A DNA stretch of 32,000 bases, from the NCBI GenBank assembly GCA_039592975.1, contig JBCNQE010000009.1, positions 98,762 to 130,761 on the forward strand, written 5' to 3'. How positions within the stretch are numbered: position 1 is the stretch's first letter; each line of letters opens with the position of its first letter. Below are positions 1 through 8,732 of the stretch, in pieces. Source of the DNA: Ralstonia sp. (GTDB lineage Bacteria > Pseudomonadota > Gammaproteobacteria > Burkholderiales > Burkholderiaceae). The notes under the pieces were generated by a model. The model made no database searches. It was not told the DNA's origin and worked only from the letters and a program-made list of their open reading frames with translations. Position numbers and translations under genes: made by a program.

Positions 1-429
1 TATCTGCCGCTGCCCGAGTTGCTGGCGCAGTCCGACATCGTCAGCCTGCATTGCCCGCTCAATGCGGAGACGCATCACCTGATCGATGCCAACGCGCTCG
101 CCCGCATGAAGCCGGGCGCGATGCTCATCAACACGAGCCGTGGCGGCCTGGTCGACAGCCCGGCGCTGATCCATGCGCTCAAGACGGGCCAGCTCGGCCA
201 CCTGGGCCTGGATGTGTACGAAGAAGAAGCCGACCTGTTCTTCGAAGACCGCTCCGCCGACGTGCTGCAAGACGATGTGCTGGCGCGGTTGCTGACGTTT
301 CCCAACGTCATCGTCACCGCGCATCAGGCGTTCTTTACGCGCGAGGCGCTGGCGGGCATTGCCGACACCACACTCGCCAACGTGGCGGCCTGGGCGGCCG
401 GTGCGCCCGTCAACGTGGTGAAAGCCTAA
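1..429 (+). CDS. ldhA: D-lactate dehydrogenase / D-isomer-specific 2-hydroxyacid dehydrogenase, C-terminal part (5' end outside window)
   Basis: Frame-1 reading frame is open from base 1 to TAA at 427-429. The translation (..[49 protein letters not shown]..) is nearly colinear with the C-terminal half of E. coli LdhA as I remember it. Confidence 0.85.
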   Translation, partial: YLPLPELLAQSDIVSLHCPLNAETHHLIDANALARMKPGAMLINTSRGGLVDSPALIHALKTGQLGHLGLDVYEEEADLFFEDRSADVLQDDVLARLLTFPNVIVTAHQAFFTREALAGIADTTLANVAAWAAGAPVNVVKA

Positions 430-1053
430 CTAGGCCGCCTCTACCTTCGGCTGGGACAGCTCGCTCTCCCCCGCTTTCACGTAGATGGAGTTGCGCGGCT
501 TGGCCAGCACGCGGCGCACCATCGGCTCGAAGAACGACAGCGGCAGGTTGTCGTAATCGGCCATGAAGGCGGCGGCGTCGTACTTGGCGCAGAACTCGGC
601 AGTGCGCTCGAAGAGTTCCGGCTGGCTGCGGTATTGCTCGCGCAGGTTGCGGTCCAGCCCCAGGTGGTGGAAGAAGTAGTAGCCCTGGAAAATGCCGTGC
701 TTCTCGACCATCCATAGGTTCTCGGGGCTCACGAACGGCTTGAGGATGGCGGCGGCGATGTCCGGGTGGTTGAAGCTGCCCAGCGTGTCGCCAATGTCAT
801 GCAGCAACGCGCAGACGACGTATTCCTCATCGCGGCCATCACGGTGGGCCAGCGTGGCGGTTTGCAGGGAGTGCGCGAGGCGGTCGATGGGGAAGCCGCC
901 GCAATCACCGTCGAGCAGCTTCAGGTGCGCGAGCACGCGGTCGGGCAGCGCACGGGCGTAGGGCATGAACTCGGCCGAGATGGCGGCCCAGTCCTCACGC
1001 GTGCCGTGCTCCATGTGGGAAAACGTCGCTCGGGGGGCGGTGTCGTGCGTCAT
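430..1053 (-). CDS. HD-domain metal-dependent phosphohydrolase/oxygenase superfamily protein
   Basis: ATG at 1053 is preceded by GGAGAC. The 207-aa product contains LLHDIGD (HD motif) and further His/Asp-rich helices. The upstream part of the 320-aa ORF is just the translated DnaA-box repeat array and was trimmed. Its stop codon (complement of 430-432) directly abuts the ldhA stop. Confidence 0.7.
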   Translation of the reverse strand: MTHDTAPRATFSHMEHGTREDWAAISAEFMPYARALPDRVLAHLKLLDGDCGGFPIDRLAHSLQTATLAHRDGRDEEYVVCALLHDIGDTLGSFNHPDIAAAILKPFVSPENLWMVEKHGIFQGYYFFHHLGLDRNLREQYRSQPELFERTAEFCAKYDAAAFMADYDNLPLSFFEPMVRRVLAKPRNSIYVKAGESELSQPKVEAA

Positions 1054-1113
1054 GGGGTGTCTCCTTCGTCGCCTGAATCGGTCGGGTGTGCCGCGTCTGG
1101 ATGCGCAGGTTGC

Positions 1114-1187
1114 TGTGGATAACCACTGTGGATAACCACTATGGATAACTGCTGTGGATAACGCTTGTGGATAACCGCTGTGGGTAA
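1114..1187. promoter_or_regulatory. Array of six head-to-tail DnaA-box 9-mers (TGTGGATAA = complement of TTATCCACA) with a 13-bp period
   Basis: Read directly: TGTGGATAA 1114, TGTGGATAA 1127, TATGGATAA 1140, TGTGGATAA 1153, TGTGGATAA 1166, TGTGGGTAA 1179, each followed by a 4-bp spacer. It lies in the 187-bp divergent intergenic region between the HD gene and the Crp/Fnr gene. Confidence 0.75.
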
Positions 1188-1240
1188 CGTCGGGCCATTC
1201 TCTGCCTGGGCCTTGCCCGCAGACTGTCAAGCGTTTGACA

Positions 1241-1978
1241 ATGGTCAGACCGCCCTTGCTGCACCTTGCCGCCATGCCCGCAGATGCTTCCCACGCCGCA
1301 TCCCTCCCCGCCTCGGCGCCGACGCCCGCGCAGCTGGCCCAAGGCTGGCTGCGCGATGCGCCCGCCGAGTTGCTAGCCGAAATCGCGCCCACGGCGCGGC
1401 TGATCGCCTATCCCGACGGCGAGTGCATCCACCCGCACGGCGGGCCGGCCCAGGGCATGTTCCTGATCGTGCGTGGCCGCGTGCGCATCAGCCGGACGAC
1501 GGATGGCGGCAGCGAACTCGTCTACGGCGTCCTGCGCGCGGGCGAATGGTTTGGCGAGATCGCCCTCATCGACGGCGGCGGCCGCACGCACAGTGCCCAC
1601 GCGCAAGGGCCGACTACGCTGGTCCTGTTAGGCAGTGCGGCATTTGCACGCGTGGTGTCGGCCTATCCGGCCGGCATGTGGGCGCTGATGCAGCAGCTCT
1701 GCCAGCGTATCCGGCTGATCTTCGACGAGTTCGAGCACGCCAGCGAAATGCCCGCCGATGCGCGCCTCGCCCAGCGTCTGCTGCAACTGGCCCGCGCAGG
1801 CGACGGGCACACTGTCGCCGCCAGCAATGAAGAGCTGGGGCGCATGCTGGCGCGCTCGCGGCAGACCATCTCCAAATACTTGCAGGCGTGGCAGCGTGCC
1901 GGGTGGATCCGCTGCCACTACAGAACGGTGGACATTGTCGATACGCAGGCGCTGCGCGCGCTCGCGGGCAGCCATTAG
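1241..1978 (+). CDS. Crp/Fnr family transcriptional regulator (cNMP-binding domain plus C-terminal HTH)
   Basis: The translation has a cyclic-nucleotide-binding beta-barrel signature (..FLIVRGRVRISRTTDGGSELVYGVLRAGEWFGEIALIDGG..). It also has a C-terminal HTH (..SNEELGRMLARSRQTISKYLQAWQRAGWI..). The start is uncertain: TTG 1235, ATG 1241 or ATG 1274. Confidence 0.8.
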   Translation: MVRPPLLHLAAMPADASHAASLPASAPTPAQLAQGWLRDAPAELLAEIAPTARLIAYPDGECIHPHGGPAQGMFLIVRGRVRISRTTDGGSELVYGVLRAGEWFGEIALIDGGGRTHSAHAQGPTTLVLLGSAAFARVVSAYPAGMWALMQQLCQRIRLIFDEFEHASEMPADARLAQRLLQLARAGDGHTVAASNEELGRMLARSRQTISKYLQAWQRAGWIRCHYRTVDIVDTQALRALAGSH

Positions 1979-2083
1979 CCTAGCCACCTCTGCTCCCCTG
2001 CGATCGGGCACGCGCAATTCGGCACGCGCCGCTAGAATTTCCCACACGCCACGCAGGCCCACCGCCCCTTCGCTGCCACCTCC

Positions 2084-3334
2084 ATGACCTCCACGCTCTC
2101 GCCGGTGTCTCCCGAAGGCCGGCGCCTTGTGCTGCTGCTCGGCCTCGCGCAAACGGTCTCGTGGGGCACGCTGTACTTCACCTTCACCGTCTTCCTGGCG
2201 CCGATGCATGACACGCTCGGCTGGGCGCGGCCGTTTCTGGCGGGCGGGTTCTCGCTGGGGCTGCTGGTGTGGGCGCTGTGCTCGTTCTGGGTGGGGCGTG
2301 CGCTGGACCGCTGGCCCGCGCGCCGCGTGATGGGCGCGGGCACCGTGCTGGCAGCGGGCAGCCTGCTGGCGTGGTCGCTGGTCTCCGATCAAACCGCGTT
2401 CCTATTGCTTTGGCTGCCGATGGGCGTGGCCATGGCCACCACGCTGTATGACCCGGCCTTCGTTGTGCTGCGCCAAGCGTTTGGTGATGCATACCAACGG
2501 CCCATCATCGGGCTCACGCTGATCGCCGGGTTCTCCAGCACGATCTGCATTCCGCTGGCGCAATGGGGGGCGGAGCACATCGGCTGGCGGCATACGCTGC
2601 AGGTGTTTGCGCTGGCGCAGGTGCTGGTCTGCCTGCCCGTCCATCTGCGACTGCGCGTGCGGCCGCCACAGCACGCATCCGCGAGTACCACCGATGACCC
2701 CGCGCCGATCCACGCCTCCGCATGGCGCATGGTGCTGCGTCTGCCCGTGTTCTGGGCCGTGGTGCTGGCCTTCGTGGCCATCAGCCTGATCGCCACGGTG
2801 CTCGGCGCGCATCTAATCCCGCTGCTCTCGGAAAAGGGGGTGCCGACGGGCCGCCAATTGCTGATCGCCGCCCTCATCGGCCCGGCGCAAGTCCTCGGCC
2901 GGCTGGCGATGATGCGCTTTCGCCTGGCGCATCCCGTCCGTGTCGCCCCCGTTACGTACGCCGCGATGACCGTGGCACTCATTCTGCTGGCGCTCTCCAG
3001 CGGGCCCCTGCTGCTGGCTTTCGCGCTCATCTATGGGGCGGCCAACGGCATCAACACGATGCTGCGCGCGATCGCCATGCCGGAACTGGTGTCGCGCAAC
3101 CAATACGCCACCCTCAACGGCCTGATGATGACGCCCGTGCTGCTGGCCCAAGCCAGCGCGCCATGGCTCGGGGCGCTGCTGTGGAAAGCGACCGGCGGTT
3201 ACGCCGCGGTGGAATGGGCGATGGTGGCTTGCGCACTGATTGCCCTGTGCGCCTTCACCTATGGGCTACGGCACGCCCGTACGCGCTCCGCACCGGATGG
3301 CGTGCCGGACGCCGAAGTAACGCCGTCGTCATGA
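2084..3334 (+). CDS. MFS transporter
   Basis: 416-aa product made almost entirely of hydrophobic helices (about 12 predicted TM segments) with a central hydrophilic loop, which is the typical MFS layout. Substrate unknown. Confidence 0.75.
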   Translation: MTSTLSPVSPEGRRLVLLLGLAQTVSWGTLYFTFTVFLAPMHDTLGWARPFLAGGFSLGLLVWALCSFWVGRALDRWPARRVMGAGTVLAAGSLLAWSLVSDQTAFLLLWLPMGVAMATTLYDPAFVVLRQAFGDAYQRPIIGLTLIAGFSSTICIPLAQWGAEHIGWRHTLQVFALAQVLVCLPVHLRLRVRPPQHASASTTDDPAPIHASAWRMVLRLPVFWAVVLAFVAISLIATVLGAHLIPLLSEKGVPTGRQLLIAALIGPAQVLGRLAMMRFRLAHPVRVAPVTYAAMTVALILLALSSGPLLLAFALIYGAANGINTMLRAIAMPELVSRNQYATLNGLMMTPVLLAQASAPWLGALLWKATGGYAAVEWAMVACALIALCAFTYGLRHARTRSAPDGVPDAEVTPSS

Positions 3335-3476
3335 CGGTTTCGTCACTTAACCAGCCAGCGATTGCTGATCGGAACCTTTGTTGACGCGAATCTGTCATTG
3401 AAACACGAGACGTGATGTTTCATTCTCATGTTAGAAGCGGCCCGCTTTTTGCGGCACCGCCAACGGAGGACGCGCA

Positions 3477-4331
3477 GTGTCACAGGCTCATCTGGCAACA
3501 CCATCCGCAAGCCAACCGATGCCATGGTCGATGCAGGAAATCGACTACAGCGGCATCAACGTCGTGCGCGTGCGCGAGAACCGCACGCTGTTCTACCTGG
3601 TGGTCTCGGCTTCGTTTGTGGAAAGCGGCTCCGACCTCTACGCCGGCAACCTCGCCCAGTACTACGCGGATCAACCCGAAGCCGCGCACTGGCTGACGCA
3701 CCACTGGGAGCGCGAAGAGCTGCAGCACGGCCGTGCACTGCGTCGCTACGTCGAAACCGTCTGGCCAGAGTTCGACTGGGAACTCGGCTACGCCCGCTTC
3801 TTCGAGGAATACTCCGTGACCTGCTCGATCGACCAATTCGAGCCGACGCAGGCACTGGAAATGGTGGCGCGCTGCGTGGTCGAGATGGGCACCGCCACGT
3901 TCTACCGTGCCATCGCCCAGGCCGCCGCCGAGGCCGACGAACCCGTGCTGCACGATCTCGCCAGCCGCATCTCGGCCGATGAGGTCCGGCATTACAAACA
4001 CTTCTTCCGCTTCTTCAACGCCTGTAACGCACGCGAAGGCGTAGGCCGCATGCGCGTGCTCAAGGCACTCGCCTCGCGACTGCGCGAAATCAAGAACGAA
4101 GATTCGATGATCGCCCTGCGCAACGTGCTGCGCATCGAGCGTGGCGAAGAAGACGTACCCGAGGCCGACGTGCGCGCGCTGAACTCCAGCGTAAGCGCGG
4201 TGGTGCGGGCGCATCTGCCGATCGACATGGCGGCCAAGATGCTGCTCAAGCCGCTGCGGCTGCGCCCGGGGCTTGAGCGCTCAATTCGGCCGCCACTGGT
4301 GGCGCTGGTGCGGCGGGTGATCCTGCACTAG
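3477..4331 (+). CDS. Ferritin-like di-iron carboxylate protein
   Basis: GTG at 3477 lies 8 nt after GGAGGA (3463-3468). The translation carries two ExxH motifs (EREELQH and ADEVRH) in predicted helical context, as in ferritin-like/desaturase-type di-iron proteins. Confidence 0.65.
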   Translation: MSQAHLATPSASQPMPWSMQEIDYSGINVVRVRENRTLFYLVVSASFVESGSDLYAGNLAQYYADQPEAAHWLTHHWEREELQHGRALRRYVETVWPEFDWELGYARFFEEYSVTCSIDQFEPTQALEMVARCVVEMGTATFYRAIAQAAAEADEPVLHDLASRISADEVRHYKHFFRFFNACNAREGVGRMRVLKALASRLREIKNEDSMIALRNVLRIERGEEDVPEADVRALNSSVSAVVRAHLPIDMAAKMLLKPLRLRPGLERSIRPPLVALVRRVILH

Positions 4332-4356
4332 ACCCTGCGCACGATGCGCTAATAAA

Positions 4357-4380
4357 AAACCCGGGCCGAAGCCCGGGTTT
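4357..4380. terminator. Bidirectional rho-independent terminator
   Basis: Perfect hairpin AAACCCGGGC-cgaa-GCCCGGGTTT with an A-run upstream and T-run downstream. It sits between the convergent ferritin-like gene (+) and the porin gene (-). Confidence 0.85.
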
Positions 4381-4407
4381 CTCATTCAATCAATCGACAG
4401 GAGCCGA

Positions 4408-5481
4408 TTAGAACTTGTGGCGGAGACCAACCACGGCGCCCATTTGGTTATTGGTGCTGCCGTCGGCGCCGGTGAACACGTCACCGAAGCCATTCACGCC
4501 CAGCGGCAGCGCAGCGTTGTTGCTGTTCTTGGCATAGGCCAAGTTCAGGTACGCGTCGGTGCGCTTGGACAGTGCGTAATCGCTACCCACCACGAACAAC
4601 CACGGGTTACCCGCGCCAGTCGTCTTGAAGTTTTGGTAGTAAGCGGTGCCAGTCAGCGTCAGTGCCGGTGTAGCTTGGTAGCCAGCGCCCAGCCAGTACA
4701 GGTTCGAACGAGCCGTGTCGACAGCCAGGCCGGTTGCGTGTGCCCAACGGTAGCCAGCGTACAGCTTGGCCGGACCGAAGGCGTACGTGCCGCCGATGGT
4801 GGCGCGTTGCGTCTTGACATCAGCCAGAGGGACCGAGTTGGCGTTCATTTGGTCATAAACAGCACCAACTGCGAACGGGCCGGCTGCGTAGTTCACGCCA
4901 GCACTCCACTCGCGACCCACCTTGTAGTTGCCAGCGACTTCTTGACCGTCGTTGCGCGTCGAGTACAGCGCCGAGGCGGTCAGAGCACCGAACGTGCCTA
5001 CGTATTTCACAGCGTTGTCAGCGCGGCCAGCCAGGGCTGCATCCTGCGAAGCGATCGAGTAGCGCGAAGCGATCGCCATCGGATCATAGTTCAGCGCGAA
5101 GTCGTACAGCAGGTTCGTCTGACGACCCAGGGTCAATTGACCCCACTGGCCTTGCAGACCAACGTAGGCAGCGCGGCCGAACAGGCGGCCGTTGCCGTTG
5201 GCGTCCTTTTGTGCCGACGTGCCGTCATCAATATTGAAACCGCTTTCCAGGTTGAAGATGCCCTTCAGGCCGCCGCCCAGGTCTTCAACGCCACGCAGGC
5301 CCCAGCGCGAACCCGACATGTTGCCCGACTGCAGTGCAACACGGGAGCCGCCATTTTCGGGGGCCTTGTTCACCCACTCAACACCAGCGTCAGCCACGCC
5401 GTACAGGGACACGCTCGATTGTGCAAATGCGCCGGCAGAAACCAGGGCGGCAGCAGCGGCCGCAAACAGCTTGATCTTCAT
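4408..5481 (-). CDS. Gram-negative general porin (OmpC-like, Burkholderiales type)
   Basis: ATG at 5481 is preceded by AAGGAAAA. The signal peptide is MKIKLFAAAAAALVSAGAFA/QSS. The product is a Gly/Tyr/Asn-rich beta-strand protein ending in ..GLRHKF (C-terminal Phe), typical of trimeric porins. Confidence 0.9.
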   Translation of the reverse strand: MKIKLFAAAAAALVSAGAFAQSSVSLYGVADAGVEWVNKAPENGGSRVALQSGNMSGSRWGLRGVEDLGGGLKGIFNLESGFNIDDGTSAQKDANGNGRLFGRAAYVGLQGQWGQLTLGRQTNLLYDFALNYDPMAIASRYSIASQDAALAGRADNAVKYVGTFGALTASALYSTRNDGQEVAGNYKVGREWSAGVNYAAGPFAVGAVYDQMNANSVPLADVKTQRATIGGTYAFGPAKLYAGYRWAHATGLAVDTARSNLYWLGAGYQATPALTLTGTAYYQNFKTTGAGNPWLFVVGSDYALSKRTDAYLNLAYAKNSNNAALPLGVNGFGDVFTGADGSTNNQMGAVVGLRHKF

Positions 5482-5823
5482 ATCGTTTTCCTTGAAAAAC
5501 ACTATCGCAAGGATTTGCGATCGGCGGCCATTATGTATGTCGACACCGCCTATCAAACAATGAAGGGGGTCACGCTGTGGTAAATATGAAACCTAAGTCT
5601 TTCATCAAATATTTTCCATACACATCAATTACTTATCGATCGAACCGATTCAACGTAAGTGAGGCTTACATGTTTGCAATCCACAGGCTTACAAGCCGTA
5701 AGCCATTTGCTTATTAAAATAAGTCGATTGGCGATAAAAATTGAAGCCTTGAGGGATCGCTGTTTTCGCTTATGATTCGGGCCGAAGCTTGAATGACAGT
5801 TTCACAGCTTCATATCGACTTTA

Positions 5824-5854
5824 AGAGACCGCCCAACAGCGGTCTCTTTTTTTT
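5824..5854 (+). terminator. Rho-independent terminator oriented for plus-strand transcription
   Basis: AGAGACCGC-ccaaca-GCGGTCTCT followed by a T-run (5848-5854). On the minus strand the stem is followed only by TTAAAG, so it is a poorer terminator for the adjacent minus-strand response-regulator gene. Confidence 0.7.
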
Positions 5855-5871
5855 GCCCGAACGCCGGTCGG

Positions 5872-6456
5872 TCAGGCGGCGTGGCCGATCTTCTTAGTAA
5901 TGCGGTGCTTGAAGGTCGACACCGTCTTGGGGGAGATGCCCAGGCGCTTGGCGATCTCGGTGTTCCGATGACCTTCTGCGACGAGCTGGTTCACGCGCAT
6001 TTCGCGCTTGGTGAGGGTGGCCAGACCTGCGCCTTCCGATGCGCCCATCGCGGAAGTCGGAAAAGACAGGTAGCCGCGCGCGGCCAGCAGAAGCGCGGCG
6101 GTGAGCACGGACGTTGCTTCGGACTTGGGGACGTAGGCGTTGGCACCAGCCAGAAAGGCGAGGCGGGCCTCGTTGCCGGTGGTTTCGGCGGAGGTCATCA
6201 CCAGGCCGATGTCTTGTTGCTGGGCGCGCACGCGGCGCACCAGTTCAAGGCCATCCAGGCCCGGCAGGTTCATGTCGACGATGGCCAGCTTGGGCCGGGC
6301 CGAGCGAATCAGCTGCAGGCCCTGCGCACCATCGGCGGCGGTGGCGACCAGTTGCAAGTGCGGCGAACCCGCCAGCAGTGCCTGAATGGATTCGAGGACG
6401 ATGGGGTGGTCGTCAATGGCGACGACGGAATGAAAGGCGTGACCGACAGGTGACAT
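5872..6456 (-). CDS. LuxR/NarL-family two-component response regulator (REC plus HTH)
   Basis: The receiver signature is present: IDDHPIV, the acceptor Asp in AIVDMNLPGLDG, MTS and the Lys in YVPKS. The C-terminal LuxR HTH reads LTKREMRVNQLVAEGHRNTEIAKRLGISPKTVSTFKHRI. Start trimmed to ATG 6456. Confidence 0.9.
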   Translation of the reverse strand: MSPVGHAFHSVVAIDDHPIVLESIQALLAGSPHLQLVATAADGAQGLQLIRSARPKLAIVDMNLPGLDGLELVRRVRAQQQDIGLVMTSAETTGNEARLAFLAGANAYVPKSEATSVLTAALLLAARGYLSFPTSAMGASEGAGLATLTKREMRVNQLVAEGHRNTEIAKRLGISPKTVSTFKHRITKKIGHAA

Positions 6457-6638
6457 GAGCGTTGGCGCTTGAGCTGAGGAGTCTCCCGCCACGTTCCGTT
6501 GCAAAAAGAACCGGCGGATAGCACGTTGCGAGCACCCCAGCACCGCCGCAGTTCCATCCGGTACAGCTTTGCACAGATTGGCCGTCAGATCGGTGTCAAT
6601 TGCAACGCGGTGTCACAAACTGAGCCTATCCGCCGCGC

Positions 6639-8627
6639 TCATGCGAGCCGGAAGACGTCCACCGCCCCGCGCAATTCCTGCGCTTGCTGACGCAGGCTTT
6701 CGGCGGCAGCGGCCGCTTCCTCCACCAGCGCGGCGTTCTGCTGCGTCACTTCATCCATCGACGTGACGGCGCGGTTGACCTCTTCAATGCCTTGCGACTG
6801 TTCGCGCGAGGCGTGGCTGATCTCACCCATCAGGCCGGCGATGCGTTCCACGCGCGTGACGATGTCCTGCATGGCGTCGCCCGCACCGCGCGCGGCTTCG
6901 TTGCCGGCCTGCACTTCCTCCACCGAGCGGTTGATCAGTTCCTTGATCTCCTTGGCGGCGGCCGCGCTGCGCTGGGCGAGGCTGCGGACCTCACCGGCCA
7001 CGACGGCGAAGCCGCGGCCCTGCTCGCCGGCGCGCGCCGCTTCCACAGCGGCATTCAGCGCGAGGATGTTGGTCTGGAAGGCGATGCCGTCGATGATGCC
7101 GGTGATATCGGCAATCTTCTGCGCCGTGGCGTGGATGCCCGACATGGTGCCGACCAGCCGTTCGACGGTCTGCCCGCCAGCGTTGGCCGCCTCGCTGGCG
7201 GACTGCACCATGTCGTGCGCATGCTGGGCGCTGTCGGCGTTCTGGCGCACGGTGGCGGCCAGCTCTTCGATGCTCGATGCGGTGCGCTCAAGGCTGCCAG
7301 CCTGCGCTTCGGTGCGGGCAGACAGGTCGGCATTGCCGGCCGCAATCTGGCCGGTGCTCGAGGCGATGGTGGACGCGCTCGCGCGCACCTTGTCGACAAT
7401 GCCCGTCAGGCCATCGCCGACACCGTTCACGGCGCGCATGAGCTGGCCGATCTCGTCGCGACGGGTGGCGGGCAGGCGATGCGTGAGATCGCCAGCGGCC
7501 ACGCGCTGTGCCACGTTCACCACCTCGGCCAGCGGCGTGCTCACGGCGCGACGCAGCATCCAGTACAGGCCGCCGGCCAGCAGCGCGCCCAGCGCCAGGC
7601 CCAGGAGCAGGAAGCGGTTGCGGGCGGAAACCAGATCGGCTTCCAGCTCATCCACATAGGCTGTTCCCGCAATCACGAGCTTCCAATCCGGGTATTGCGT
7701 GAATACCGTGAAGCGTTCACGTGTGGCGCCGCCATCGGTGTCGGCCAGCGTATGGCGCAGCGTGCCGTCCTTGCCTTCGATCATCTCGCGCACCCAGGCG
7801 AGGCCATCGGCATCTTTGGCGTCGAGCAGGTTCTTGCCTTCGCGCGCGGTGTTGCGGTCGATCAGTACCTTGCCCTGGTCCGCGCCCGGCTTGCCGTCGA
7901 TGACGAAGTAGCCGCCGCTCTGGCCGATACCGTGCGCGCGGATCTTGTCCTTGAGCAGCGCGAGTTCCGAGCGCACATCCACGCCCACATACAGCGCGCC
8001 GATGACCTTGCCCGACGCATCGCGCACGGGCTCGTATTTGCTCATGTAGGGCACGCCAAACAGCCACGCCAGACCGCGGAACGGCTGGCCGGCCATCAGC
8101 GCCTTGTAGCTCGGGTGGGCGCGGTCGAGCAACGTGCCGATGGCGCGTTCGCCGTTTTCCTTCTTGAGCGAGGTGGTCACGCGGACGAAATCATCGCCGG
8201 TGCGGGCGAACACGGTGGCGATGGTGCCGCCCGTGCGCGCAAAGAACTTGTCCGGCACGGTGAAGTTGAGGTTCAACACGGTGTCGCCGCTCTTGAAGGT
8301 GGGCGTGGGCTTGCCAGCCACCTCCACGGTCTGCGCCGGGTCAACCGTGTACGGGCCAGGAGCCGCATCGGCAAAGGCGGTGAGGAAGCGGTCTGCCTCG
8401 GTGCGCATGGTGCCGTCGAACAAGGCGATCATGTCGCGCATGGCGGCTTCCTGATCGTGCATGGCGGACTGCATGTTGGCTTCGAGCGTGCGCAGGCTCG
8501 ATTGCGAAATCGCCAGTGCAAAGATGCCGAACACGAGCACCAGCACGGCCAGGCCAATCACGGCCAGCCGCGTGCCGAGACTCGTGGTGCGTTCAGAAGA
8601 TGGGCGCTGGGGCGCAGACGCTCGCAT
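6639..8627 (-). CDS. Methyl-accepting chemotaxis protein with periplasmic Cache-type sensor, HAMP and MA signalling domain
   Basis: GAGGAG RBS 4 nt before ATG 8627. An N-terminal TM helix is followed by a periplasmic domain of about 290 aa, a second TM helix and a HAMP domain. The conserved MCP hairpin is present (..[40 protein letters not shown]..). Confidence 0.92.
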   Translation of the reverse strand: MRASAPQRPSSERTTSLGTRLAVIGLAVLVLVFGIFALAISQSSLRTLEANMQSAMHDQEAAMRDMIALFDGTMRTEADRFLTAFADAAPGPYTVDPAQTVEVAGKPTPTFKSGDTVLNLNFTVPDKFFARTGGTIATVFARTGDDFVRVTTSLKKENGERAIGTLLDRAHPSYKALMAGQPFRGLAWLFGVPYMSKYEPVRDASGKVIGALYVGVDVRSELALLKDKIRAHGIGQSGGYFVIDGKPGADQGKVLIDRNTAREGKNLLDAKDADGLAWVREMIEGKDGTLRHTLADTDGGATRERFTVFTQYPDWKLVIAGTAYVDELEADLVSARNRFLLLGLALGALLAGGLYWMLRRAVSTPLAEVVNVAQRVAAGDLTHRLPATRRDEIGQLMRAVNGVGDGLTGIVDKVRASASTIASSTGQIAAGNADLSARTEAQAGSLERTASSIEELAATVRQNADSAQHAHDMVQSASEAANAGGQTVERLVGTMSGIHATAQKIADITGIIDGIAFQTNILALNAAVEAARAGEQGRGFAVVAGEVRSLAQRSAAAAKEIKELINRSVEEVQAGNEAARGAGDAMQDIVTRVERIAGLMGEISHASREQSQGIEEVNRAVTSMDEVTQQNAALVEEAAAAAESLRQQAQELRGAVDVFRLA

Positions 8628-8732
8628 GCTTGCTCCTCGGGGTCGTCAGTCGAGTTAACAACGGATCGCCTGGGAAAAGCTTGAGCGCAAACGTTTATCT
8701 GCGCGTTTTGTTGGCCATTCGAGCCCGGTGTG

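Noticed and set aside
427-432. Convergent ldhA and HD-domain genes with directly abutting stop codons (TAACTA) and no intergenic terminator.
   Set aside because: This is real in the sequence but is a trivial case of compact gene packing, with no further signal to interpret.
430-1392. N-terminal extensions of ORF-track entries. Examples: HD gene to 1392, SDR to 12887, primase to 29854, the 150-aa gene to 30258, DHA2 pump from 15466, GGDEF from 17884. Also porin to 5556, response regulator to 6543, MarR from 12549 and AlpA to 31984.
   Set aside because: The extensions translate to low-complexity or repeat-derived sequence (for example the DnaA-box array reads as HSGYPQ repeats). They lack RBSs and overlap neighbouring genes or promoters. 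Internal ATG/GTG/TTG codons with Shine-Dalgarno sequences give products starting at the family-typical N-terminus.
3380-3476. Possible Fur box upstream of the ferritin-like di-iron gene (region ..gtgatgtttcattctcat..).
   Set aside because: Only the TCATTcTC half resembles the GATAATGATAATCATTATC consensus. The other half mismatches at most positions in every register I tried.
6684-8684. Very long ORFs antisense to confidently called genes. These include 666 aa opposite the MCP, 721 aa at 10317-12482 opposite the PelA-like and SDR genes, and 388 aa at 4417-5583 opposite the porin. Others are 399 aa at 20234-21433 opposite AIPR, 294 aa at 28050-28934 and 329 aa at 18328-19317.
   Set aside because: Their translations are Arg/Ala/Gly/Pro/His-rich low-complexity strings with no motifs. 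The opposite strand encodes proteins with clear family signatures and RBS-supported starts. Stop-codon-poor antisense frames are expected in high-G+C DNA.
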